From contig SVAN01000003.1 in the NCBI GenBank assembly GCA_015059375.1, positions 27,211 through 91,210 of the forward strand: a stretch of 64,000 bases of DNA, written 5' to 3'. Below are positions 18,200-26,852 of the stretch, in pieces. A model generated the notes under the pieces. It saw only the letters and a list, made by a program, of their open reading frames with translations, was not told the DNA's origin and ran no database searches. Both the position numbers and the translations under genes were made by a program. Source of the stretch: Bacillota bacterium (lineage in GTDB: Bacteria > Bacillota_I > Bacilli_A > RF39 > UBA660). The first letter of the stretch is position 1. Each line of letters opens with the position of its first letter.

Positions 18200-19444
18200 T
18201 TATTTAGTTTTGCTTTCATCTTTTGCAAATTCAGTTAACATATCAGCTCTAAATGTGTAGAAACCATTTTTTTCATTACCTATATGTAAGTAAGCTTCGA
18301 GTTCTTCAACACAGGTAAATCCATAGTAACCATCAACTCTAACTCCGTTTCCGTATACAGAAGTTCCTAAACCAGACGTTAATTCTAATAATCTTTTTGC
18401 ATTTTGATTATATACACCAAGTAAAGTATAGTAAGTTGAAATTGGTGAATTTGGAGTAATAGAGTAGGCAACTGCTTTTCTAGCTAATAAGTCATTAAAG
18501 ATTTTAGCAAAATAAACATCGTTTTCATTATTAGCTTTGATGCCCTTAACAAGACGATCAGCAACAGCATAAATATCATAACCTTTTTCTGTTTTGCATT
18601 CTTTAAATTCGTCAATCGATATTTTGTTATCTGTAGCACACATGATGATGTCAGTTAAATCGTGGTCGCTTAGGAAGATATCGCTATCTAAATCTTTTTG
18701 AATAATTGCATCACTTCCAAGCTCACTTACGATTTGTCCAGTTACTCTTGTACTTACATGAATTTCTTCGCGATCTTGGAAAACCGCTTTATTTTCTAAT
18801 CTGTCAAAATTAGCAAGACGAATAGCATACATAATATCTTCGATAGTAATACCTGAATCAGCTGGTAATTTACTTTGAATATCTTGAGCGTACGTTAATA
18901 AAGAATCATAATCATCAATATCTAATTTATCAATTGGTTTAGTTAAATCATCGTCGGTTTGTTCTAAGCCAGGTAAATCGTCAGTATTTTCATTTTTATT
19001 TGGTTCGCATGATTTTAAGGCTAAAACAAGTAAAGTGATTATAGCGGCAACTCCAAGGCCAGTACCAATCGCAATTAGAATTTTCTTGATTCTGTTCCAA
19101 AGTTCTTCTTTATCCTTTTTAGTCTTTTCTTTTTGTTCTTTTGGTGGAATAACTTTCTTTACTTTAACTAAAGATGTTTCTGGACGTGCCATAATTGAAA
19201 CTGGAACCTCAATTTGTTTTAAGTATTTATATAGTTCAGTAAATTGGGTAGCGTATCCATCAAGTTTTTCTTGTGGAATGTCTGTGTTATTTTCAAAATA
19301 TGCAGAATAATAACATATGGTTGAATGTAATCCTTCGATTTCTTCTCTTTGTTTATTTGTTAAATCTGTACGTTTTAAAGCGTTTTCAGCTTTTGTTTTA
19401 CAACTATTAACAAGCACTAGTATTTCTTCTAATTTCATAATCAA
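18200..19444 (-). CDS. Hypothetical bitopic membrane protein, first gene of operon with the Cys-repeat protein
   Basis: 414 aa. Helical N-domain, one TM (ILIAIGTGLGVAAIITLLVLAL) and an extracytoplasmic C-domain. GGGAGG RBS. A 22-nt gap separates it from the downstream gene. Confidence 0.55.
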   Translation of the reverse strand: MIMKLEEILVLVNSCKTKAENALKRTDLTNKQREEIEGLHSTICYYSAYFENNTDIPQEKLDGYATQFTELYKYLKQIEVPVSIMARPETSLVKVKKVIPPKEQKEKTKKDKEELWNRIKKILIAIGTGLGVAAIITLLVLALKSCEPNKNENTDDLPGLEQTDDDLTKPIDKLDIDDYDSLLTYAQDIQSKLPADSGITIEDIMYAIRLANFDRLENKAVFQDREEIHVSTRVTGQIVSELGSDAIIQKDLDSDIFLSDHDLTDIIMCATDNKISIDEFKECKTEKGYDIYAVADRLVKGIKANNENDVYFAKIFNDLLARKAVAYSITPNSPISTYYTLLGVYNQNAKRLLELTSGLGTSVYGNGVRVDGYYGFTCVEELEAYLHIGNEKNGFYTFRADMLTEFAKDESKTK

Positions 19445-19473
19445 AACCCTCCCTTTTTGACTTAATGGCGTTT

Positions 19474-19512
19474 ATCCTAACATAAAATACCTTGTTTGTC
19501 AACTGCTTGACA
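19474..19512 (-). promoter_or_regulatory. Promoter of the 19444-15976 operon with an inverted repeat overlapping the -35
   Basis: The minus strand reads TTGACA (complement of 19497-19502), 17-nt spacer, TAGGAT (complement of 19474-19479). The -35 is one arm of the palindrome TGTCAA-ctgc-TTGACA (19497-19512). Confidence 0.45.
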
Positions 19513-19575
19513 GTGATATAAAGGGATATGAGAATGTAAAAAATGTTCCAAAATAAAAATTTAAAAAAAATTCCA

Positions 19576-19630
19576 TGAAAAAAAGGAAATTAAGTAGGTA
19601 GTAGGTAATATATAGGATGAAAGGAGGTAA
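19576..19630 (+). repeat. About 50-nt leader-like element, copy A (second copy at 63254-63302)
   Basis: tgaaaaaaaggaaat...GTAGTAGGTAATATATAG...aggagg. The 18-nt core at 19598-19615 is identical to 63275-63292. Both copies end in a GGAGG RBS followed by an ATG. Confidence 0.6.
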
Positions 19631-19811
19631 ATGAAACCGGCATATTTAAAAGATGGAGTAATTACAAAAATCTTAACCCTGTTGTAAAGACTATTTAAAT
19701 GAATTTCTAAGTTAACGTTAGGGCTGGATAAAGACTATGCTGTCTATTCTAAGGTTTGTTATGGCAAATTGTTTCTGGTTGTTATATAATTTATTTGGGT
19801 GGTAATGAATA

Positions 19812-20366
19812 ATGTATAAATATATTAAAGGACAAATAACGGAACTTGGGCCTAATTATGTTGTGCTTGAGTGTAATAATATAGGATATTTAATCTATGT
19901 GGCTAATCCATTTAGCTATGAAGTAGGAAAAGAATATAAAATTTATCTTTATAATAATGTTAAAGAAGATGAAAATTCTTTATATGGCTTTAAAAGTGAA
20001 GAAGAATTAAATTTGTTTTTGAAATTAATAAATGTAAAAGGTTTAGGACCTAAGATGGCTAATACCTTTTTTGCGATGGGAAGTGTTAATGGAATTGTTG
20101 ACGCAATTAATCGTGAAAACATTTTATATTTAACTAAATTTCCAAAAATAGGAGAGAAAATCGCTAAACAAATGATTCTCGATTTAAAAGGAAAAGTTAC
20201 TTGTGAAGCGGTAGTTGAAGAAGAAAATTCTACGGAGGATTTAGTAGCTGTTTTAGAAAGTTTAGGATATAAAACTCTTGAGATTAAGAAAATACTTAAG
20301 GATATAGATAATACACTTCCAATCGAATCGCAAGTTAAAGAGGCTTTAAAATTATTGCTAAAATAA
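19812..20366 (+). CDS. ruvA: Holliday junction DNA helicase RuvA
   Basis: 184 aa. MY.YIKG.I and the helix-hairpin-helix region L..V.G.GPK.A. Confidence 0.9.
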   Translation: MYKYIKGQITELGPNYVVLECNNIGYLIYVANPFSYEVGKEYKIYLYNNVKEDENSLYGFKSEEELNLFLKLINVKGLGPKMANTFFAMGSVNGIVDAINRENILYLTKFPKIGEKIAKQMILDLKGKVTCEAVVEEENSTEDLVAVLESLGYKTLEIKKILKDIDNTLPIESQVKEALKLLLK

Positions 20367-20422
20367 GCGAATCAATTAAAAGTGGTAAAGTACTAAGATG
20401 ATTACTTAGAGAAAGGATTATA

Positions 20423-21421
20423 ATGAGAATTGTTGATACTGATGAACAAACTGAAGATATTTTTGAAAAAAGCATTCGTCCGGAAAGTCTAAAGGAATAT
20501 GTGGGCCAAAAAGAAATAAAAGAAAATCTAGATGTTTTTATCAAAGCGGCCAAAATGCGAGGAGAGGTACTTGATCATACGCTTTTATATGGCCCTCCGG
20601 GGTTAGGGAAAACAACTTTAGCTCATATAATTGCCAATGAAATGGGAACTAATATTAAAACTACTAGTGGACCGGCGATGGAAAAACCAGGAGATTTGGC
20701 CGCGGTTCTTTCAACTTTGGAACCTGGTGATGTTTTATTTATCGACGAAATCCATCGTCTTCCGTCTTATATTGAAGAAATACTATATCCGGCGATGGAA
20801 GATTTTGAACTTGATATAGTTATTGGTACGGAAGGAAAAAGTAAAAGTATTCGGATTGATTTGCCGCCATTTACATTAGTAGGAGCTACTACTAGGGCGG
20901 GAGATTTATCAGCGCCGCTTCGCGATCGCTTTGGTATTGTAAATAAACTTGAATATTATTCAGATGAAGAATTATCCTCTATAATCAAGAGAACCAGTAG
21001 TGTATTTGAAATGGCGATTGATGATGATGCTGCGTTAGAACTAGCACAAAGAAGTCGAAAAACCCCAAGAATAGCAAATCGCCTTTTTAAAAGAGTTAGA
21101 GATTTTGCTTTGGTTTTAGGAAACGGTAATATAGATTTAGAAATAACCAAGGATGCTCTGAATCGTTTAAAGGTAGATGCTTATGGCCTTGATAATATAG
21201 ATATTGAATATTTACGCAGTTTGATTTCCAAATTTAATGGTGGACCAGTTGGCGTAGAAACAATCGCTACTTCCATTGGTGAAGAGGTTACAACCATTGA
21301 AGATGTAGTAGAACCGTTTTTATTGCAAGAGGGATTTATTAAAAGAACCCGAAGTGGCCGCGTGGCAACGCCAAAAAGTTATGAACATTTAAAAATAGCT
21401 TATAATCATACTTTGTTTTAG
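20423..21421 (+). CDS. ruvB: Holliday junction DNA helicase RuvB
   Basis: 332 aa. RP..L.EY.GQ, Walker [12 protein letters not shown], Walker [10 protein letters not shown], and sensor GATTRAG.L..PLRDRFG. Confidence 0.95.
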   Translation: MRIVDTDEQTEDIFEKSIRPESLKEYVGQKEIKENLDVFIKAAKMRGEVLDHTLLYGPPGLGKTTLAHIIANEMGTNIKTTSGPAMEKPGDLAAVLSTLEPGDVLFIDEIHRLPSYIEEILYPAMEDFELDIVIGTEGKSKSIRIDLPPFTLVGATTRAGDLSAPLRDRFGIVNKLEYYSDEELSSIIKRTSSVFEMAIDDDAALELAQRSRKTPRIANRLFKRVRDFALVLGNGNIDLEITKDALNRLKVDAYGLDNIDIEYLRSLISKFNGGPVGVETIATSIGEEVTTIEDVVEPFLLQEGFIKRTRSGRVATPKSYEHLKIAYNHTLF

Positions 21422-21435
21422 AAAGAGAGGTAATT

Positions 21436-22266
21436 ATGATATTGGATGGGAAAAAAATCCGTGATGAAATACTGGAAAACCTGAAGAATGTTGTACAAAA
21501 TGAAAAGCTAAATTTAACTCTAGCAATTATATTAGTCGGTAACTATCCTCCGAGCGAAGTGTATGTTAAAAATAAAATTAAGTTTTGCAAAAAAGTAGGG
21601 ATTAATCCGCTTTTGGTTAGAATCCCCGAAGATGCAAGTGAAGATAGCATTATTGAAGAAATTGAAAAATTAAATAAAAATGAAGAGGTTACGGGAATTA
21701 TTGTCCAAAGTCCGCTTCCAAATAGCCTTGATTTAGAAAATTGTATAAAACATATTGACCCTAAAAAAGATATCGATGGTTTTACTAAGGAAAGTTTTTA
21801 TGCTCTAGTTCATAATTTACCAGGACTTAGACCATGTACTGCTAAAGGAATTATTCGCCTTTTAGAGTATTATAATATTGATTTAAAAGGAAAAGATGTA
21901 TGTATAATTGGTCGCGGTAATTTGGTAGGCAAGCCTTTATTTTTTGAGCTTTTAAATCGCGATGCAACTGTGACAATATGTCATACTAAAACTTTAAATT
22001 TAAATAAAAAATGTAAAAAAGCAGATATTATCATCTGTGGAGCCGGCGTACCAAGAATTTTGCAAGCGAAGATGGTTAAAAAAGGAGCAATAGTTATTGA
22101 TGCTGGCATAAGTGTTATTGAAGGTAAAGTTGTAGGAGATGCCGATTTTAAAAATTTATTAAAAAAGTGTAAATATATAACACCAAACCCAGGGGGAGTG
22201 GGACCAATGACAATCGCAATGATTATAGAAAATGTTATTGAGGCTTATAGAATGGGAGGTATGTAA
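21436..22266 (+). CDS. folD: Bifunctional methylene-THF dehydrogenase / methenyl-THF cyclohydrolase
   Basis: 276 aa. ILDGK, YV..K.K.C...GI, D.DGF, PCT..G, IGRG..VGKP, and [11 protein letters not shown]. Confidence 0.95.
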   Translation: MILDGKKIRDEILENLKNVVQNEKLNLTLAIILVGNYPPSEVYVKNKIKFCKKVGINPLLVRIPEDASEDSIIEEIEKLNKNEEVTGIIVQSPLPNSLDLENCIKHIDPKKDIDGFTKESFYALVHNLPGLRPCTAKGIIRLLEYYNIDLKGKDVCIIGRGNLVGKPLFFELLNRDATVTICHTKTLNLNKKCKKADIIICGAGVPRILQAKMVKKGAIVIDAGISVIEGKVVGDADFKNLLKKCKYITPNPGGVGPMTIAMIIENVIEAYRMGGM

Positions 22267-22267
22267 A

Positions 22268-23500
22268 ATGGATGAGTTATTACTAAAAGCTTTAAAAGCA
22301 GAAAGGAAAAGACAGGAAGAAAACATTGAACTTATTGCTTCAGAAAATTATGTTTCTAATGAAGTTTTAAAAGCTCAAGGGAGCATTTTAACTAATAAAT
22401 ATGCCGAAGGATATCCAGCTAAAAGATATTATGGGGGCTGTGAAAATATTGATGTTGTTGAAAATCTAGCAATTGATTATGCCAAAAAATTATTTGGAGC
22501 AACTTTTGCTAATGTTCAACCACATTGTGGGTCTTCCGCTAATATGGCGGTATATAAAGCTCTGCTTAAAATTGGTGATAAAGTAATGGGGATGAATTTA
22601 GATAATGGGGGACATTTAACTCATGGTCATAAAATGAGTTTTAGTGGTATTGATTATGAAATTGTTTCCTATGATGTGGATTCACAAACAGAAGTTTTAG
22701 ATTATGATGCAATTGAAACTTTAGTTTTAAAAGAAAAACCTAAAATGATAATTGCCGGTGCGTCGGCATATTCAAGAATTATTGATTTTAAAAGATTTCG
22801 CGAAATCGCTGATAAAGTGGGAGCGTATCTAATGGTTGATATGGCTCATATTGCAGGCTTGGTTGCTGCTGGCCTTCATCCATCTCCTCTGCCGTATGCC
22901 CATGTAGTTACAACGACTACGCATAAAACATTAAGAGGCCCTCGAGGCGGATTGATTCTAACTGATGATGAAGAAATAGCGAAGCGAATAAATAAAATGG
23001 TTTTCCCAGGTATTCAAGGGGGGCCTTTAGAACATGTAATTGCCGCGAAAGCTCAGTGTTTTTATGAGGCTTTGCAACCGGAGTTTAAAGAATACCAAGC
23101 AAATGTTTTGAAAAATATTAAAGCGCTAGCTAACAGCTTAAAAGAGGAAGGATTTAGAATAATTTCTGGTGGAACTGATAACCATCTTATTTTGGTAGAT
23201 GTTAAATCATCATGTGGGATTACCGGGAAAGAAGCTCAAAATTTACTAGATAAAATTCATATTACAACTAATAAAAATACGATACCTAATGATTCAGAAC
23301 CACCAATGACGGCAAGCGGATTAAGATTAGGTTCTCCGGCGATGACGACAAGAGGATTAAATGAAGGGGATTTTAATAAAATTGGTAAAATAATTGCTAA
23401 AGCATTAAAAAATAAGGATAATGAAGCTGTTTTAAATGAACTGGTTAGAGAGGTTTTAGAAATTACAGGAAAATATCCATTATGGTATGAGGAATACTAG
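22268..23500 (+). CDS. glyA: Serine hydroxymethyltransferase
   Basis: Start moved to MDELLLKAL. Motifs: [23 protein letters not shown], and the PLP lysine block [14 protein letters not shown]. Confidence 0.95.
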   Translation: MDELLLKALKAERKRQEENIELIASENYVSNEVLKAQGSILTNKYAEGYPAKRYYGGCENIDVVENLAIDYAKKLFGATFANVQPHCGSSANMAVYKALLKIGDKVMGMNLDNGGHLTHGHKMSFSGIDYEIVSYDVDSQTEVLDYDAIETLVLKEKPKMIIAGASAYSRIIDFKRFREIADKVGAYLMVDMAHIAGLVAAGLHPSPLPYAHVVTTTTHKTLRGPRGGLILTDDEEIAKRINKMVFPGIQGGPLEHVIAAKAQCFYEALQPEFKEYQANVLKNIKALANSLKEEGFRIISGGTDNHLILVDVKSSCGITGKEAQNLLDKIHITTNKNTIPNDSEPPMTASGLRLGSPAMTTRGLNEGDFNKIGKIIAKALKNKDNEAVLNELVREVLEITGKYPLWYEEY

Positions 23501-23503
23501 AAT

Positions 23504-24385
23504 ATGTCAAAGTGGGATAAAATTTATTTGGATTTATGTGAAGAAATTTTAGAAAAGGGAACTAGAGTTCATAATCGAACAGGAATTGATACAATCAAGA
23601 TCCCTTTTAAATCCTTTGAATTTGATTTAGAGGAAGAATTTCCAATATTAACGACTAAATTTGTTGCTTTTAAATCTGCTGTTTTAGAACTTTTATGGTT
23701 TTATCAAGCCCAAAGCAATGATGTTTCTTGGTTAACAGAGCGAGGAGTAACAATTTGGGATGAATGGCGAATAAGTGATGATGGCATTTATCGAACATAT
23801 AATCCGGATGGAACCATCAAAAGTGAAAAAGAGTTTCCAAAAGGTTATGAAGGCACAATAGGTACTGCTTATGGCTATATTGTTAATAAATTTAAACTTA
23901 CGCAAAATTTAATTGAAAAATTAAAAAATAATCCAACTGATCGTAGGATGGTAATGGGGCTATGGCAAAATGACTATTTAGAAACTGCTGTATTACCATC
24001 GTGTGTTTGGAATAGTATGTGGGATGTGACGGATGGAAAATTAAATTGTATTGTTACATGCCGAAGTAATGATGTTGGTTTAGGTTTGCCATTTAATATT
24101 ACACAATATGCTGTGCTAGTTCATATGCTTGCACAAGTTACAGGGCTTAAATTAGGAAAGCTTTATTATAATGCTAAGGACATGCATATATATGTTAATC
24201 AAATTGATGGGATAAAAAAACAATTAGAAATTTATAAAACTTTAGGAGATTATCCGGCCCCAAAATTGTGGCTAAATCCAGATATTAAGGATTTCTTTGA
24301 ATTTGATAATTCGAAAGAACTAAAGGATATTAAGCTAATTGATTATAAACATCATAAAAAAATAAAAATGGATGTGGTAGTATGA
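23504..24385 (+). CDS. thyA: Thymidylate synthase (ThyA)
   Basis: 293 aa. NRTGIDT, DRRM....W, catalytic LPSC, and RSNDV.LG.PFNI.QYA.L. Confidence 0.9.
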   Translation: MSKWDKIYLDLCEEILEKGTRVHNRTGIDTIKIPFKSFEFDLEEEFPILTTKFVAFKSAVLELLWFYQAQSNDVSWLTERGVTIWDEWRISDDGIYRTYNPDGTIKSEKEFPKGYEGTIGTAYGYIVNKFKLTQNLIEKLKNNPTDRRMVMGLWQNDYLETAVLPSCVWNSMWDVTDGKLNCIVTCRSNDVGLGLPFNITQYAVLVHMLAQVTGLKLGKLYYNAKDMHIYVNQIDGIKKQLEIYKTLGDYPAPKLWLNPDIKDFFEFDNSKELKDIKLIDYKHHKKIKMDVVV

Positions 24386-24858
24386 TTAATATAATTGCAG
24401 CAGTAGGGAGAAATTATGAACTAGGTAGAGATAATCATTTATTATGGAATCTTCCTGGTGATATGCATTATTTTAAAAAAACAACGATGGGTCATCCCGT
24501 AGTAATGGGGAAAAACACCTATCTTTCAATTGGAAAACCACTTCCGGGAAGAAGAAATATTGTTCTTTCTAGTACTCTTTGCGATGAAAGGGTTGAAGTA
24601 GTTAAAACTGCTTCCGAGGCAATAAAGTTAACAAAAGGTTTAAATGCCTTTATTATTGGTGGTGCAAAAGTGTATGAAAGCTTTTTGCCATATGCTGATA
24701 ATTTATATTTAACTTTAGTCGATGATAGTCCAAAAGCTGATGTTTATTTTCCAAAGTTTAATATGGAAGATTATGAAGAAGAAATTATTAGTGAAAAACA
24801 AGAAAACAATCTAAATTATAAATTTGTTATTTATAGGAGAAAAAATGGAAAAAGGTAA
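24382..24858 (+). CDS. folA: Dihydrofolate reductase
   Basis: 158 aa. IAAV.....G.DN.L.W..P.D...FK..T....VVMG..T, LPGR.NIVLS and IIGG..VY. A 4-nt overlap with thyA. Confidence 0.9.
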   Translation: MINIIAAVGRNYELGRDNHLLWNLPGDMHYFKKTTMGHPVVMGKNTYLSIGKPLPGRRNIVLSSTLCDERVEVVKTASEAIKLTKGLNAFIIGGAKVYESFLPYADNLYLTLVDDSPKADVYFPKFNMEDYEEEIISEKQENNLNYKFVIYRRKNGKR

Positions 24859-25525
24859 ATTAATCGTAATCGAGGGAACGGATTGTTCTGGTAAAGAAAC
24901 ACAAACTCAAAAGCTTATTAATTATTTGGAATCACAAGGTAAAAAAGTTAAATCTTTTTCTTTCCCGATGTATGATACTCCAACTGGTAAAATAATCGGC
25001 GGACCATTACTAGGAAAAGAATATATTTGTGATGGGTGGTTTCCCGAAGGCGCAACCCATGTTGATGGGAATGTTGCCGCCCTTTACTATGCTGCAGATA
25101 GATACTATAATATTCATAAAATAATGGATGCCTTAAATGAAGGATATACTGTAATATTAGATCGTTATATATATAGTAATATGGGGCATCAAGCAGGAAA
25201 ATTGGCAAAGAAAGAAGAAAGGCTAGAAAGATATAAATTTATTGAAAAACTAGAGTTTGATCTTTTACAGTTACCAAAGCCTGATGGCGTAATTCTTTTG
25301 TTTATGCCAGTTCAAGAAGCAAAAATAATAAGGGCACAAAGGCCAGAAAAACTTGATCAAGCAGAGAGCGATGAAAAACATTTAATGCAGGCTCAAAATG
25401 CCTATTTAGAAATGGCTGAACTTTATAATTTTAATGTAATTAATTGTGCTATTAACGGTAATATAAGAACAATAGATGAAATTAGTAAAGATGTAATTAA
25501 AGCGTTCGAAAAAATAAACGGTTAG
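24845..25525 (+). CDS. tmk: Thymidylate (dTMP) kinase
   Basis: Start moved to MEKGKLIVIEGTDCSGKETQ (P-loop). DRY motif (LDRYIYSN). Overlaps the 3' end of folA. Confidence 0.85.
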   Translation: MEKGKLIVIEGTDCSGKETQTQKLINYLESQGKKVKSFSFPMYDTPTGKIIGGPLLGKEYICDGWFPEGATHVDGNVAALYYAADRYYNIHKIMDALNEGYTVILDRYIYSNMGHQAGKLAKKEERLERYKFIEKLEFDLLQLPKPDGVILLFMPVQEAKIIRAQRPEKLDQAESDEKHLMQAQNAYLEMAELYNFNVINCAINGNIRTIDEISKDVIKAFEKING

Positions 25526-25614
25526 ATTTTATCTAACTGTTTTTTTATATAAAATAGGCGTATTTAATAAGGCATTTTTAAAAACAACATATTTTATTAT
25601 TAGGAGGATAAAGT

Positions 25615-26058
25615 ATGTTATTTGAAAACGATAATAATTATCTAAATTTGTTGTTTAATGTAGGACAAAGTGACAATTATAATAGTTTTAATAATACTGG
25701 AGCAATTGCTTCGGATGAAGAAGGCTTTTTACGTGGTAATATGTTTGATGATGAATATGTGCCATATAAAAATTTAACTTATATTAAACCAAAAATTAAA
25801 TCAGAAAAAGAAAGGGATTTATTTAAAATAATGGAAGTATATTTTGCTATCAATGATTATAACTTATTTTTAGATGTTCATCCTGAAAATACTAATATTT
25901 TAAATAAATATCGAGCTTGTACAGAAAAGTATCGTAAACTTACCAAAGAATATGAAGAAAAATATGGCCCACTATCAATAGATGAAGGAAATTATAAAAC
26001 ATTTAAATGGATTGAATCACCTTGGCCATGGGAAAAGGAGGATTCAAAGTATGTTTAA
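25615..26058 (+). CDS. cotJB: Spore coat protein CotJB with a CotJA-like N-terminal segment (apparent CotJA-CotJB fusion)
   Basis: 147 aa, against about 87 aa for a typical CotJB. The C-terminal half has the CotJB pattern FAINDYNLFLDVHPEN......Y. The N-terminal EGFLRGNMFDDEYVPY resembles the CotJA C-terminal motif (GL.KGT.FPEL..PY). Confidence 0.7.
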   Translation: MLFENDNNYLNLLFNVGQSDNYNSFNNTGAIASDEEGFLRGNMFDDEYVPYKNLTYIKPKIKSEKERDLFKIMEVYFAINDYNLFLDVHPENTNILNKYRACTEKYRKLTKEYEEKYGPLSIDEGNYKTFKWIESPWPWEKEDSKYV

Positions 26059-26608
26059 ATATAATAAAAGTTTAGTTTATCCTGTAAATATTACCAAAAA
26101 AGATTTACGTATGGCTAAATATTTGATTACTCAATTTGGTGGCCCTAATGGAGAACTATCAGCTTCATGGCGTTACTTTTCCCAAAAATTTACGATGCCA
26201 GATGATAAAGGCAAAGCATTATTAAATGATATAGCTACGGAAGAACTTTCTCACGTTGAAATGATTTGTACTATGGTTCACCAGCTTACTAAAAATGCTA
26301 CAATTGCCGAACTTGAAGAAGCCGGTCTCGGAGCATATTATACTGAACATGGGGTTAGTTTGTATCCTCAGGATTCAGTAGGTAATCCATTTACCGCGGC
26401 ATATTTTGCATCAACCGGTGATGTAATTGCTAATTTATCGGAAGATATGGCTGCAGAGCAAAAGGCTAGAGCTGTTTATGAAGCATTAATTAATCAAACA
26501 AAAGATGAAGATATAATTGGTCCATTGTTATTTTTAAGACAAAGAGAAATTATTCACTTTAATCGTTTTAAAGAATTGTATGATTATTATAAAACAAAAG
26601 GATATTAA
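26051..26608 (+). CDS. cotJC: Spore coat protein CotJC (manganese-catalase-like ferritin fold)
   Basis: Start moved to MFKYNKSLVYP. Motifs: GG.NGELSA..RY..Q, ATEE.SH.EM, and L.EDMAAEQKAR..YE. Confidence 0.9.
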   Translation: MFKYNKSLVYPVNITKKDLRMAKYLITQFGGPNGELSASWRYFSQKFTMPDDKGKALLNDIATEELSHVEMICTMVHQLTKNATIAELEEAGLGAYYTEHGVSLYPQDSVGNPFTAAYFASTGDVIANLSEDMAAEQKARAVYEALINQTKDEDIIGPLLFLRQREIIHFNRFKELYDYYKTKGY

Positions 26609-26617
26609 GTAAAATAC

Positions 26618-26660
26618 TTTGCCACCTAAATCATTGCTGAGCTAGGTGGCAAAAATATAT
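26618..26660 (+). terminator. Rho-independent terminator after cotJC
   Basis: Perfect 11-bp stem tttgccaccta / taggtggcaaa (26618-26628 and 26643-26653), followed by an A/T-rich tail. Confidence 0.55.
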
Positions 26661-26673
26661 TATTTAGAATGTA

Positions 26674-26702
26674 TTGATAATATCTAATTTAATTAGTATA
26701 AT
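26674..26702 (+). promoter_or_regulatory. Near-consensus sigma-A promoter driving a structured leader
   Basis: TTGATA (26674-26679), 17-nt spacer, TATAAT (26697-26702). Confidence 0.55.
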
Positions 26703-26795
26703 AAAAATATATTAAATAGTTTGCCTGATATTTATATGACAATTTAATCGATAGGGTATGTTTCTAGAGGCAAAATAGAAATATGCATGATGCGG

Positions 26796-26829
26796 AGATA
26801 CTTATTTATATGATAAGTGTCTTTTTTTA
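26796..26829 (+). terminator. Intrinsic terminator/attenuator inside the 5' leader of the ORF6N gene
   Basis: 10-bp stem agatacttat / ataagtgtct (one G-U pair) with a 7-nt loop and a T7 run. It ends 13 nt before the GGAGG RBS of the downstream gene. Confidence 0.5.
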
Positions 26830-26852
26830 TTGTTTTTAAAGGAGGAGTTACA

